DNA of 64,000 bases from Diadema antillarum (lineage: Eukaryota): assembly GCF_040938485.1 (NCBI RefSeq), contig NW_027271025.1, positions 558,001 to 622,000 on the forward strand, written 5' to 3'. Under the pieces are notes generated by a model. That model did no database searches. It was not told the origin of the DNA and saw only the letters and a list, made by a program, of their open reading frames with translations. Below, piece after piece: positions 19,701 through 31,215 of this stretch (its first letter is position 1; each line of letters opens with the position of its first letter). A program made the position numbers and the translations under genes.

Positions 19701-20264
19701 CAATTTGCCATCAGGGGACACCTTCTCTTGTTTCGATATGCTGGCGTAGATATCCCTGCAGGTAGCACTTATCTGCAATGACTGGGCAAAGCGTGCTCCA
19801 GCCATCCTCCTACAAGATTCAAAACAGTGCCTGAAAAGTCCTGAATTAGTGCCAATAATCACTCTATGGTCACAGGGACGCTGGGGGTCTGGTACTACAA
19901 GAGCCAATGTACTAAACTCAGTCCCTGTGCCAGCAAATGACCGTTCAAAACCTATGTTGACGTAAGCCCAACCCAGATAGGGCATAGTCCCATCTCCTCC
20001 ATGGTACAGGACTAGGTCACTCAGTCCATGCAATTCCCTATCTAGTGTGTCGAAAAGGCTCTTGTGTATAAGAGTGACCTGAGACCCACTATCAAGAAGG
20101 CATTTTGTCTCCTTTCCATCTATCCAACATTTTGGGTTGATAGCATCTCCTACTAAACCTTCAGGAACATCGTTCTTGGAAACCTCAACTTTAGAAACAA
20201 GTGGGGGAGAATCTATTTTTGGGGCCCCTGGTTTCCCCTTCCCAGGCGCCCTTTCTCGTTTCCC
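16710..20264 (-). CDS. pol: Pol of unit 3, same amber codon in integrase
   Basis: The 1107-aa ORF-track translation is identical to unit 2. Confidence 0.93.
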   Translation of the reverse strand, partial: GKRERAPGKGKPGAPKIDSPPLVSKVEVSKNDVPEGLVGDAINPKCWIDGKETKCLLDSGSQVTLIHKSLFDTLDRELHGLSDLVLYHGGDGTMPYLGWAYVNIGFERSFAGTGTEFSTLALVVPDPQRPCDHRVIIGTNSGLFRHCFESCRRMAGARFAQSLQISATCRDIYASISKQEKVSPDGKLGTARTKKGHSTQIPPHSKLVMTAQIRNPLKEEMTVFVESNPHSRLPSGLHIAPGVQKLSGGAIGKVRVLVTNSSPESITVPGNCPIVDAYVPDKCFPTPSSFPTQPHSYTEATHSQVGANVGDNTPSPQVDVSELPINWGPISPEWKERLLNQCRQRSDVFSRHEFDLGSTGYAEHQIRVNDDTPFRERSRRVPPSDLRDLQQHLQQLLENNIIKESKSPYASPIVLVRKKNGTLRMCVDYRTLNSRTIPDQYTVPLIQEAIDSLSGSKWFSVIDLKSGFYQIPMRESDKEKTAFTCPLGFYQFERMPQGVKGAPATFQRLMEKCMSGLNMLEVLVYMDDLIIFSKTLEEMEERLARVLDRLQQFGLKVSPEKCQFCCQSVRYLGHVVSEAGVQTDPDKVADVRTWPRPQTVRHVKSFLGFAGYYRRFIKDYAKISRPLNALTSGCVYPRKRGRPPPKKDPSPDARKASDPLGDAWTEECENAFQALKHCLVTAPVLAFADLSKPFVLHVDASRDGLGGVLYQDHGGKLRPVAYGSRGLSHSEKNYPAHKLEFLALKWAVTDKFRDYLYAAKGARVMTDNNPLTYVLTSAKLDATGHRWLAALSCFDFSIHYKPGKTNIEADVLSRKPHPPGLDKEFEARQQCKISDLEARLHETSDSGEKVSTLSAFCQTHYVSANSPHRSQPYVETLCASAESIPGLYAKGSDLNVVDWAQAQKADPQLKLVRDYVERGERPQSYTGLSREAALILREFDRLVLCKGVLYRTFTDSLGNRHHQLVLPAQRRVEAMRGIHDSVGHLGIEKSIALARDRFYWPKMSADITEWVKHCPRCIARKTPPKPAAPLVSIHTTSPLELVCMDFLSLEPDRSNKKSILVVTDHYTRYAQAFPTKDQTAATVAKVLWENFFVHYGLPQRLHSDQGRDFESKVIHELSRLLGIKKSRTTPYHPQGDPQPERFNRTLLDMLGTLEEEKKANWSKYVSALVHAYNCSRNDSTGFSP

Positions 20265-21646
20265 TGGTTGCCAAGGATGTAGTTGACAAGTCTTTTACTC
20301 AGTACGTCAGGGGGAACAGAATTTTGGCAATTTCTACTGATATGGCCCTCCTCTCCACACTTGAAGCAAACAACACCAGTATTACTCTGCTGGGACGACT
20401 GAGATTTGGGGGGATTATTGGTGGGTTGGGGTGCTGGTGGAGGTGCTGGTTGGGGAAGGACATGGGGTTGAGGGGCTGCGTGGGGTGGCAGAATAGAGGG
20501 CTCTACCTTACGGTGGGCAGCCTGCTTTGGTTTTGGGCTAACGGGGGGTCTCGAGGCAGACAGAGATTTCTTCACCCTTTCCTCTTCTTCCTGCTTCCTC
20601 ACTGAAGACAGGAGTTCCAGGAAGGATGGTGGTTTCTCCAGGCGCTCCCTGAGCTGTAGGTTTACTAGGAGCATTTCATGGTAGAGGATGCCCCTGATGA
20701 ATTGTCGCAGTCTCACCTTGTTGGCGTCATGTGGCTTGACAACTCCCCGCCTAACCACATGGCGCATGACTTCCTGTAAGCGAGAAAGATACTCAGAGGG
20801 AGACTCACCTTCAGCCTGGACTGTCTGATGAAATCTGACAAACAGTTCATCATCTGTGTCAGTATCGCCAAAAGCCAGATCCAGAGCCCTGAGGTAGTCT
20901 GCAGAGCAGGCCTGGGGATTCTCACGCCTAAGGTCTGTAATGATGCTTGACGCAGGCGGACGCAATGACTCACGAATGCGCTTGCGCCGCTCAGCATCAT
21001 CCAGAGTCTGCCACTCCTCCATCTGGCTCTCAACGTGCTCTATCCAGATGGGGTAGCTATCCTCATCACGCGCTGCTGTCTTTGCACCAGAGAAGCATCG
21101 CAGTTTCCGATACCCTGTGGTCAGCCCACACCGTGCTAGTGAAGCTGCTAAAATTGGGATGTCTCGATCAGGGAAGGACATGGATGGTTCACTGATACCA
21201 GGGGAAGGGGGTGGAAGGTTGTTAGTAGTAGGGATGTCTTGAGACTGGACTTCCTGAGCTCTACGTCCTGCTTTTCTCCATTCCCTAACTAAACCTCTCT
21301 CCCTCAGGTCCTTGACACTGACCCTATTTCCTCTGACTGGTCCTAAACCGTCTAACCTCACTACTCTGCACATAGTCTCCCCATCTACTGGAATGACAAT
21401 CTGTGCCTGTAATCCTAACATAGCAACTGCATCTTCGAATTCACACAGGAGCAATGTTTCCCCTGTATCGGGATCATCCCGTCTTAACACCTCAAGTAAT
21501 GTGGGATATAACTCTGACAGTGCCAGTGCAAACACCTCTGTTGGCACAGTCTTTATACCTGTTGCAAGTAGGAGGGCATTCTCTACTCTAATCTCCTCCT
21601 TCTTGCACCAATCCTGACCAATCTGCTTCAAACTTTTACCTGCCAT
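20213..21646 (-). CDS. gag: Gag (unit 3)
   Basis: Translation identical to unit 1. Confidence 0.93.
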   Translation of the reverse strand: MAGKSLKQIGQDWCKKEEIRVENALLLATGIKTVPTEVFALALSELYPTLLEVLRRDDPDTGETLLLCEFEDAVAMLGLQAQIVIPVDGETMCRVVRLDGLGPVRGNRVSVKDLRERGLVREWRKAGRRAQEVQSQDIPTTNNLPPPSPGISEPSMSFPDRDIPILAASLARCGLTTGYRKLRCFSGAKTAARDEDSYPIWIEHVESQMEEWQTLDDAERRKRIRESLRPPASSIITDLRRENPQACSADYLRALDLAFGDTDTDDELFVRFHQTVQAEGESPSEYLSRLQEVMRHVVRRGVVKPHDANKVRLRQFIRGILYHEMLLVNLQLRERLEKPPSFLELLSSVRKQEEEERVKKSLSASRPPVSPKPKQAAHRKVEPSILPPHAAPQPHVLPQPAPPPAPQPTNNPPKSQSSQQSNTGVVCFKCGEEGHISRNCQNSVPPDVLSKRLVNYILGNQGNEKGRLGRGNQGPQK

Positions 21647-21823
21647 CGCTTTGTTTCCTGCACACGAGTGTTGGCTCTTTGGTACAATAGAACGAAAATG
21701 GTGAATGTAACAGTAACAATCAACAATGATAACCAAGACTCAGTTTCGGTAACATGTGTCACCAAACAAATGCAATTATACAATTAAGAAACAATTATAG
21801 TTCCCGGACAAGCCCCCAATTTA

Positions 21824-24800
21824 TGTAACCCGAATGTTACACTCCCGAGTTCATAAATAAAGAATATCACACCTGGGATTCAGTTTTGACAAAATAATCC
21901 AATGACAAACTTTATTAACTTGTTTGTCGTTCAACAAAGTACATCATTCAATTCAATATGTTCACAGACTCAAATGTAACCTTTGTTACATTAGCATAAT
22001 TAAATATTTGCCAGTGTATGACGATATTTCGACTCGTTGCTGTCTCTTTGTCTCTCTCGCCGGTTATCCTGTCGACGAGCCCAGAGTAGTCGCAAACCAG
22101 TCGTACACGGTAGCTGATGCAATGCTCAGTAGCCGTCAGTCACGCTGAACCAAGCAAAGGCTGGCCAAAGCTCTCGTCCAAATATGTATCTAGTCAAAAG
22201 AATTTATAAGACACAGGACTTTCCTAATATAGTGTCTTTCTAATCAATAATATTTCTTCAGGAGTATGGAAGTCCACTCCAAAATCTGATCTGATACATT
22301 GTCTCTACATATACATGCCTCATAAACATATATGAGCGCATTAGACAATACAGATACAAATTCCAGTCACATACATTCAAATGTTTGTCAATTCATTTTG
22401 ACATACAGGTGCTAAATACGGTCAGAATAACTTCTCTTCAGTTAAACATTTTCAGCATCCTGAATTATATCCAACACTGCTGCCACAAATAAAGCTTTGA
22501 TCTATCTGATCGACTGGCAGTATAGTTGCTTCATCTGGGGTCGACAAATATTGTGACTCCGATTCAAATATTATAGTTTGAGTGGAAATAATGCTCCACG
22601 CACACAATAATTACACTGAGCAGTTGTACACCTTACCACGCATGTACAGTTAACATGTATACATTCTAAAGAGCATGAATGTATAACCTTTTTATATTCA
22701 CAATGGCACAACTATTCCTCACATTTAGTTCTTTGCAAGGTTCTTCACATCTAGTGGCTAGTCCTCCCCCTCTAGAGTTAAACATTCCACAATTCAATAG
22801 TGCAGTGACCTCTGTCACTCACAGGGAACGGTCAGTGGACATAAATCTGTCAGTTCAGACGAGGGGGGGGGGGGGTGCTGCACATTGTAGACCTCAATGT
22901 TTACGAGCATAGCCTCACTTTCTCTGAGTGTGAGGGTCTACCGGGCATTTCAATATGTATGTAATCAAATTAAAATCTGACTTCTAATGCCAAGTCAGTT
23001 TCCCAATTTCATCTGTCTAATAATGAACTTGAGTGTATGCCTAATCATGTCCATTCATAAAACATTCGAAGCGCAAATACCTTGAAGTGCATTGCAATAT
23101 ATCTTCAAATAATATACAAGCAACAATCATCAATCATCAATACTTTTGGCATAACATATGATAACTTCGGAATTTATATACATGATATCAGAGTCTTCTT
23201 CTTAACAAGCAACCTCCATGTCTATGGATTGGGGTTCATAATTACAAACACTCTCCAATGCAATACATAACATGAGAAATACAATGACTTACCTAGTCAA
23301 AAGAGCCAACACTCGTTTTCACTACAAGTTGCTCCACACGGCAGTCAGTGGATGTACGTGCCACAACCAGTTGTATCACAGGCACATAAAAATTGTATAT
23401 AACAATACAGCTGATGCTTGTGGGGGTCTACCAGTGTTTTGTGGTAACCTCTCAGCAGATAAATGTGTGAAAAAACTTTCTGGATCACACAGTCGATGTA
23501 ACAAGCAAAGTGGGTGCAGGCCTCAAAGCGCTGGCAGGAAGCAGATATGCCTATTTGCTCCAAAGCTATGGGCTTTTATAATTTTCTGTCTCTCTGTAAA
23601 ATGTTAATATTACAAACTTTCTCGAGAAAATCAGAAACTTCCAGGAAGTTAACTGACCAGCAGAAATTTCATTGGTTCATGTTTCTATGACATCATTCAA
23701 AGTCTGCCTCATTGGCTAGAGGTCACTCATTCCCCTTGACTTCCAGGAACATTACTGACGTACTGACCATCCACTTGGCCAGACAAAGTCTTAACATTGA
23801 CCAAGGGCAGTAACGACAGGCTTTCCAGTCACTCTCGAGCATTCTGCCTACAGGGCTTTAAAGTTGCACTCCTGTGACCTTGGTCACTAGAGCTGCTGCC
23901 TAACCAGCATAGCTATATAACACATTGTTTATACTCATGCAAACACCGATCTAGTTAACATACTAGACAAATCGTATAGCATAAGTCATAAAAGCACTCA
24001 ATTAGAATATAGAGACATAATTATATCTCATTTGCATAAATGATGTATTAAACATAACCACTGCACATACATATCTCTTATGCTGAAGTGCGTGGATCAC
24101 ACTTTGTTCTGAACACATGACATATCAAATAATAATCTTGCAAAAAGTCATATCCTTTCAGCCATTGATCATAGTAGCACAACAGTATCTGTAATATAAA
24201 AGGTAACACGAGCAAAGTAAATCTAGTAATGTATGGAGTTACTCTACTTTAAGGCACACGCAAAGCTAGCCTAAACAGTTCATTGGAAATTAGGGGGGGG
24301 GGGGTATGTGAGAAGAAAGGAATAGGAGGGGACAGAATTTGGGCTAGACGTGCACTCTACGTCATTGTCACAGAAAATGTTGGTCTACAGTTAGAACCAG
24401 TCCACTCTGTATAGGCTTTGCCCATGGTAGGACACTGTCCCTAAATCCCAAAGCAACTACTACTTTGTCCTAGCAAGAATGACCTTCCTCTTCTGAGACA
24501 TGGTCCTTTCGTTTCTCTTGATGTGCCTACACACCAACAAAAGGGAGGGGTGCTTAAAACAATATCCCTAGACTGGCTAGCTTGCTCCATCCTTGAGTTT
24601 TATTACACCTACATAGTCTAACACCAGCAGGGGCGTTTCACAGGGCTTGACCAGTCTCAATACACACAGGCTTACAATTGGACATTGGCTATTGGGGTCA
24701 AAGGCTGAAGGGGAAATCTTAAGACTAATCTTGGGGGTTACTAGTACACTGGTCGAGGGGTTGTTGGAAAACAGGTGGGGTACGGACGTCAGAGGAGGGA

Positions 24801-24912
24801 TGAATGGAGGGGGTGGTGATAACAGTGACCATGGGTCTTCCAAGGAAGTAGGAATCTAGTCTGACGACATTTCTGGAGAAATCTTAGTAACCCAAATTTT
24901 GGTGGGGTTACA
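21824..24912 (-). repeat. LTR 3 (3089 bp), shared
   Basis: Same termini and PBS/PPT flanks. G-tracts are 13 and 12 nt. Confidence 0.95.
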
Positions 24913-26101
24913 TCCTCCCCTTTCAAACCAGGGTTCACTCCTGTGAACCTTTGATTAATCAAAGCCAAAGATCTTACGCTTAAGGTCAGCAAAAAATCCT
25001 GATGAAGTTGCTTGCCTAGCACCAGAGGGTTCACCAAGGGTATCGTACTGCATGCGTAGCGGCGGCCTTGAAGAGCGAGTTGAGCGCCTGATGGATTGCG
25101 GGGCAGGCTCTGAATCGATTGCTTGCTTTGCATTTTGCGCTTGCTCAACCTCGGGCTCTGCTAGAGTATGAGGGGCGTTACCTCTGGACTCTGCGTCTGG
25201 GGGTAAAGGGCTAGTGTGTCTACTCTCTTCCTCCATGCTCTCCCCTCTCAAATCGGGTACTGCATCATCCGGTGTTGCTCTACCAGAACCACTGGATGCA
25301 CTTGTGGCATCTATGCTGATGTCACTGCCAGCCTGGTTCTCTAAGTCTGAGTCGGTTGATGTCTCCTCAGTAGTGGGGTCAGGGGATAAAACGGAACCGC
25401 CGGAAACACCTGTGTCACTCACTACATCAGCTGTGTTGACCTGTTCAGGGGTCTCGCTGGTAGTCTCAGAGGGAATACTGGGAGGTTGGGAGGGGACAAA
25501 CTCTGGCGCATTTACGTTAAGTACTGAATGTGGGCGGTTAATGTGCTTGCGTACACCCCTCATCACTTGAGTCTGAACTATCAGACTCTTCCTCACTCGG
25601 AGGGGCAATGGACCTTTTGGAACGGGTCCGATCAGCTGGATTCCTTTTCTTACCTGGTCTCTGGGTCTCTGAGTTATGGGCTGGGGCCTCATTCAAGTAC
25701 TCTATGGGTAGGAGAAGGTTGCGGTGTAGGGTGCGTGTCCTACCAATCCCGTCTTCAGGTGCAACTTCGTAAACCGGCATATCAGGGTTGAGTCGCTTTG
25801 TGATGACATAAGGGTTCGCATACCATCTATCAGCTAATTTCTGCTTACCAGTCAGTCCAACGTTCCTGACAAGGACGCGATCGCCAGGTTTCAGGCCATT
25901 GGCTCGCACTTTCGCATCATAGCGGACCTTGTTGGCACTGGCAGACTTGTTGGATGCAGCTGACGCAAGTTTATACGCCCGCGTAAGTTGATCGCGCAAA
26001 CCACTGACGTACTTCACGTGGTCAGTCCCAGTGAAATTGTCAGGGCTTGTGCCAAATCGCAGATCAACAGGCAGTCTAGCTTCCCTACCGAACATGAGGA
26101 A

Positions 26102-29100
26102 CTAAGGTGAGAAACCAGTACTGTCATTCCTTGAACAATTGTAAGCGTGTACAAGTGCACTTACGTACTTGCTCCAATTTGCCTTCTTCTCCTCCTCCAG
26201 GGTCCCTAGCATGTCCAGTAGCGTTCTGTTGAAACGCTCAGGCTGAGGGTCTCCCTGGGGATGGTAAGGAGTTGTCCTTGATTTCTTAATGCCAAGGAGC
26301 CTTGACAGCTCATGGATCACTTTACTCTCAAAGTCCCTACCTTGATCAGAATGAAGGCGTTGGGGCAGACCATAATGTACAAAGAAGTTCTCCCACAGGA
26401 CCTTGGCGACAGTGGCAGCAGTCTGATCCTTCGTTGGGAAGGCTTGTGCGTATCGTGTGTAGTGATCCGTCACTACCAAGATAGACTTCTTATTCGAGCG
26501 GTCTGGTTCTAGGGAGAGAAAGTCCATGCAAACCAGCTCCAGGGGGCTGGTTGTGTGAATACTCACCAATGGGGCTGCTGGCTTTGGAGGAGTCTTTCTT
26601 GCTATACAACGAGGGCAATGCTTGACCCACTCCGTAATGTCAGCACTCATCTTTGGCCAGTAGAACCTGTCTCTAGCCAACGCTATGGACTTCTCGATTC
26701 CAAGGTGGCCAACACTGTCGTGTATGCCCCTCATTGCCTCGACACGGCGCTGGGCAGGCAATACTAACTGGTGATGGCGGTTCCCTAAGGAGTCAGTGAA
26801 AGTTCTGTAGAGGACTCCTTTGCACAGAACTAGCCTGTCGAACTCGCGGAGTATCAGGGCAGCCTCTCTTGAAAGGCCGGTATAAGACTGTGGCCTCTCC
26901 CCACGTTCAACATAATCCCTGACTAGTTTCAGTTGCGGATCTGCCTTTTGAGCCTGTGCCCAGTCTACTACATTCAGGTCTGAGCCCTTCGCATACAGAC
27001 CTGGGATAGACTCTGCACTGGCACACAGGGTCTCAACGTATGGCTGGCTTCTATGAGGAGAGTTGGCTGAAACATAATGCGTCTGACAGAAGGCAGAGAG
27101 TGTGGACACTTTCTCACCTGAGTCTGACGTCTCATGCAGCCTTGCCTCCAGATCACTAATCTTGCACTGCTAGCGAGCCTCAAACTCCTTGTCGAGGCCG
27201 GGAGGATGTGGTTTCCGTGACAGTACATCTGCTTCAATGTTCGTCTTTCCTGGCTTATAATGGATGGAAAAATCAAAGCAGGAAAGTGCAGCAAGCCATC
27301 TATGTCCTGTGGCATCGAGTTTTGCCGATGTCAGGACATATGTTAGTGGGTTATTATCAGTCATAACCCGCGCACCTTTTGCTGCATACAGATAATCCCT
27401 GAACTTGTCGGTAACTGCCCACTTTAGAGCAAGAAATTCCAGCTTGTGGGCTGGATAGTTCTTCTCACTGTGGGACAGTCCCCGACTTCCATATGCCACT
27501 GGACGAAGCTTACCTCCATGATCTTGATACAGGACACCACCCAGTCCATCACGGCTGGCATCAACATGGAGCACAAAGGGCTTTGACAGGTCTGCGAAGG
27601 CTAAGACTGGGGCTGTGACCAGACAATGCTTCAAAGCCTGAAAAGCATTCTCACACTCCTCAGTCCAAGCATCACCAAGGGGGTCACTTGCCTTTCGTGC
27701 ATCCGGGCTCGGATCTTTCTTTGGAGGTGGACGTCCTCGCTTCCTGGGGTAAACGCACCCACTTGTAAGTGCGTTCAAAGGACGGGAAATCTTGGCATAG
27801 TCCTTTATGAATCGCCGGTAATAGCCAGCAAATCCTAAGAAAGACTTGACATGCCTCACTGTCTGTGGCCTGGGCCAGGTTCTTACATCGGCCACTTTGT
27901 CTGGGTCTGTCTGTACCCCAGCCTCGGAGACTACATGACCAAGGTACCTAACCGACTGACAGCAAAATTGGCATTTTTCTGGGGACACCTTCAAGCCAAA
28001 TTGCTGCAACCTATCCAGTACCCTAGCCAGGCGCTCCTCCATTTCCTCCAGCGTTTTGGAGAAGATTATCAGGTCATCCATGTACACCAACACCTCTAAC
28101 ATGTTCAGACCTGACATGCACTTCTCCATCAGCCTCTGGAAGGTTGCTGGTGCTCCCTTCACCCCTTGGGGCATACGCTCGAACTGGTAAAACCCCAAAG
28201 GACAAGTGAAGGCCGTCTTCTCCTTGTCAGATTCACGCATCGGGATTTGATAGAATCCCGACTTTAAGTCGATAACAGAAAACCATTTACTGCCACTCAG
28301 GGAATCAATGGCCTCCTGTATCAGGGGCACTGTGTACTGGTCGGGAATGGTACGAGAATTGAGTGTACGGTAGTCGACGCACATTCTCAAAGTACCATTC
28401 TTTTTCCGAACCAGCACAATTGGAGAGGCATAGGGACTCTTAGACTCCTTAATTATGTTGTTCTCCAACAGCTGTTGAAGATGTTGCTGCAAGTCCCTAA
28501 GATCAGAGGGAGGCACCCTCCGAGACCTCTCACGGAATGGTGTGTCATCGTTAACACGAATCTGATGCTCCGCATAGCCTGTACTGCCTAGGTCAAATTC
28601 ATGCCTGGAGAACACATCACTCCTCTGCCTGCACTGATTGAGCAGCCTTTCTTTCCACTCCGGGGAAATCGGGCCCCAATTGATGGGCAGCTCACTAACG
28701 TCAACTTGAGGGGAAGGGGTGTTATCGCCTACATTAGCACCTACTTGGGAATGGGTTGCCTCGGTGTAACTGTGAGGCTGGGTAGGAAAACTACTAGGGG
28801 TAGGGAAACACTTGTCGGGGACATAGGCATCTACTATTGGGCAGTTGCCAGGGACAGTGATAGACTCAGGGCTACTATTGGTCACCAGCACCCTTACCTT
28901 TCCAATCGCACCACCTGACAATTTTTGTACTCCTGGGGCTATGTGTAACCCACTTGGAAGTCTGCTGTGGGGATTGGACTCTACGAAAACAGTCATTTCT
29001 TCTTTCAGGGGATTCCTAATTTGGGCGGTCATTACCAATTTGGAGTGGGGAGGTATTTGCGTGCTATGTCCTTTCTTGGTCCTAGCAGTGCCCAATTTGC

Positions 29101-29656
29101 CATCAGGGGACACCTTCTCTTGTTTCGATATGCTGGCGTAGATATCCCTGCAGGTAGCACTTATCTGCAATGACTGGGCAAAGCGTGCTCCAGCCATCCT
29201 CCTACAAGATTCAAAACAGTGCCTGAAAAGTCCTGAATTAGTGCCAATAATCACTCTATGGTCACAGGGACGCTGGGGGTCTGGTACTACAAGAGCCAAT
29301 GTACTAAACTCAGTCCCTGTGCCAGCAAATGACCGTTCAAAACCTATGTTGACGTAAGCCCAACCCAGATAGGGCATAGTCCCATCTCCTCCATGGTACA
29401 GGACTAGGTCACTCAGTCCATGCAATTCCCTATCTAGTGTGTCGAAAAGGCTCTTGTGTATAAGAGTGACCTGAGACCCACTATCAAGAAGGCATTTTGT
29501 CTCCTTTCCATCTATCCAACATTTTGGGTTGATAGCATCTCCTACTAAACCTTCAGGAACATCGTTCTTGGAAACCTCAACTTTAGAAACAAGTGGGGGA
29601 GAATCTATTTTTGGGGCCCCTGGTTTCCCCTTCCCAGGCGCCCTTTCTCGTTTCCC
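26102..29656 (-). pseudogene. pol: Pol of unit 4 with a private CAG>TAG nonsense codon between RNase H and integrase
   Basis: g>a at 27172 splits the ORF into 751 aa and 335 aa. Confidence 0.92.
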
Positions 29657-31038
29657 TGGTTGCCAAGGATGTAGTTGACAAGTCTTTTACTCAGTACGTC
29701 AGGGGGAACAGAATTTTGGCAATTTCTACTGATATGGCCCTCCTCTCCACACTTGAAGCAAACAACACCAGTATTACTCTGCTGGGACGACTGAGATTTG
29801 GGGGGATTATTGGTGGGTTGGGGTGCTGGTGGAGGTGCTGGTTGGGGAAGGACATGGGGTTGAGGGGCTGCGTGGGGTGGCAGAATAGAGGGCTCTACCT
29901 TACGGTGGGCAGCCTGCTTTGGTTTTGGGCTAACGGGGGGTCTCGAGGCAGACAGAGATTTCTTCACCCTTTCCTCTTCTTCCTGCTTCCTCACTGAAGA
30001 CAGGAGTTCCAGGAAGGATGGTGGTTTCTCCAGGCGCTCCCTGAGCTGTAGGTTTACTAGGAGCATTTCATGGTAGAGGATGCCCCTGATGAATTGTCGC
30101 AGTCTCACCTTGTTGGCGTCATGTGGCTTGACAACTCCCCGCCTAACCACATGGCGCATGACTTCCTGTAAGCGAGAAAGATACTCAGAGGGAGACTCAC
30201 CTTCAGCCTGGACTGTCTGATGAAATCTGACAAACAGTTCATCATCTGTGTCAGTATCGCCAAAAGCCAGATCCAGAGCCCTGAGGTAGTCTGCAGAGCA
30301 GGCCTGGGGATTCTCACGCCTAAGGTCTGTAATGATGCTTGACGCAGGCGGACGCAATGACTCACGAATGCGCTTGCGCCGCTCAGCATCATCCAGAGTC
30401 TGCCACTCCTCCATCTGGCTCTCAACGTGCTCTATCCAGATGGGGTAGCTATCCTCATCACGCGCTGCTGTCTTTGCACCAGAGAAGCATCGCAGTTTCC
30501 GATACCCTGTGGTCAGCCCACACCGTGCTAGTGAAGCTGCTAAAATTGGGATGTCTCGATCAGGGAAGGACATGGATGGTTCACTGATACCAGGGGAAGG
30601 GGGTGGAAGGTTGTTAGTAGTAGGGATGTCTTGAGACTGGACTTCCTGAGCTCTACGTCCTGCTTTTCTCCATTCCCTAACTAAACCTCTCTCCCTCAGG
30701 TCCTTGACACTGACCCTATTTCCTCTGACTGGTCCTAAACCGTCTAACCTCACTACTCTGCACATAGTCTCCCCATCTACTGGAATGACAATCTGTGCCT
30801 GTAATCCTAACATAGCAACTGCATCTTCGAATTCACACAGGAGCAATGTTTCCCCTGTATCGGGATCATCCCGTCTTAACACCTCAAGTAATGTGGGATA
30901 TAACTCTGACAGTGCCAGTGCAAACACCTCTGTTGGCACAGTCTTTATACCTGTTGCAAGTAGGAGGGCATTCTCTACTCTAATCTCCTCCTTCTTGCAC
31001 CAATCCTGACCAATCTGCTTCAAACTTTTACCTGCCAT
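29605..31038 (-). CDS. gag: Gag (unit 4)
   Basis: Translation identical to unit 1. Confidence 0.93.
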   Translation of the reverse strand: MAGKSLKQIGQDWCKKEEIRVENALLLATGIKTVPTEVFALALSELYPTLLEVLRRDDPDTGETLLLCEFEDAVAMLGLQAQIVIPVDGETMCRVVRLDGLGPVRGNRVSVKDLRERGLVREWRKAGRRAQEVQSQDIPTTNNLPPPSPGISEPSMSFPDRDIPILAASLARCGLTTGYRKLRCFSGAKTAARDEDSYPIWIEHVESQMEEWQTLDDAERRKRIRESLRPPASSIITDLRRENPQACSADYLRALDLAFGDTDTDDELFVRFHQTVQAEGESPSEYLSRLQEVMRHVVRRGVVKPHDANKVRLRQFIRGILYHEMLLVNLQLRERLEKPPSFLELLSSVRKQEEEERVKKSLSASRPPVSPKPKQAAHRKVEPSILPPHAAPQPHVLPQPAPPPAPQPTNNPPKSQSSQQSNTGVVCFKCGEEGHISRNCQNSVPPDVLSKRLVNYILGNQGNEKGRLGRGNQGPQK

Positions 31039-31215
31039 CGCTTTGTTTCCTGCACACGAGTGTTGGCTCTTTGGTACAATAGAACGAAAATGGTGAATGT
31101 AACAGTAACAATCAACAATGATAACCAAGACTCAGTTTCGGTAACATGTGTCACCAAACAAATGCAATTATACAATTAAGAAACAATTATAGTTCCCGGA
31201 CAAGCCCCCAATTTA

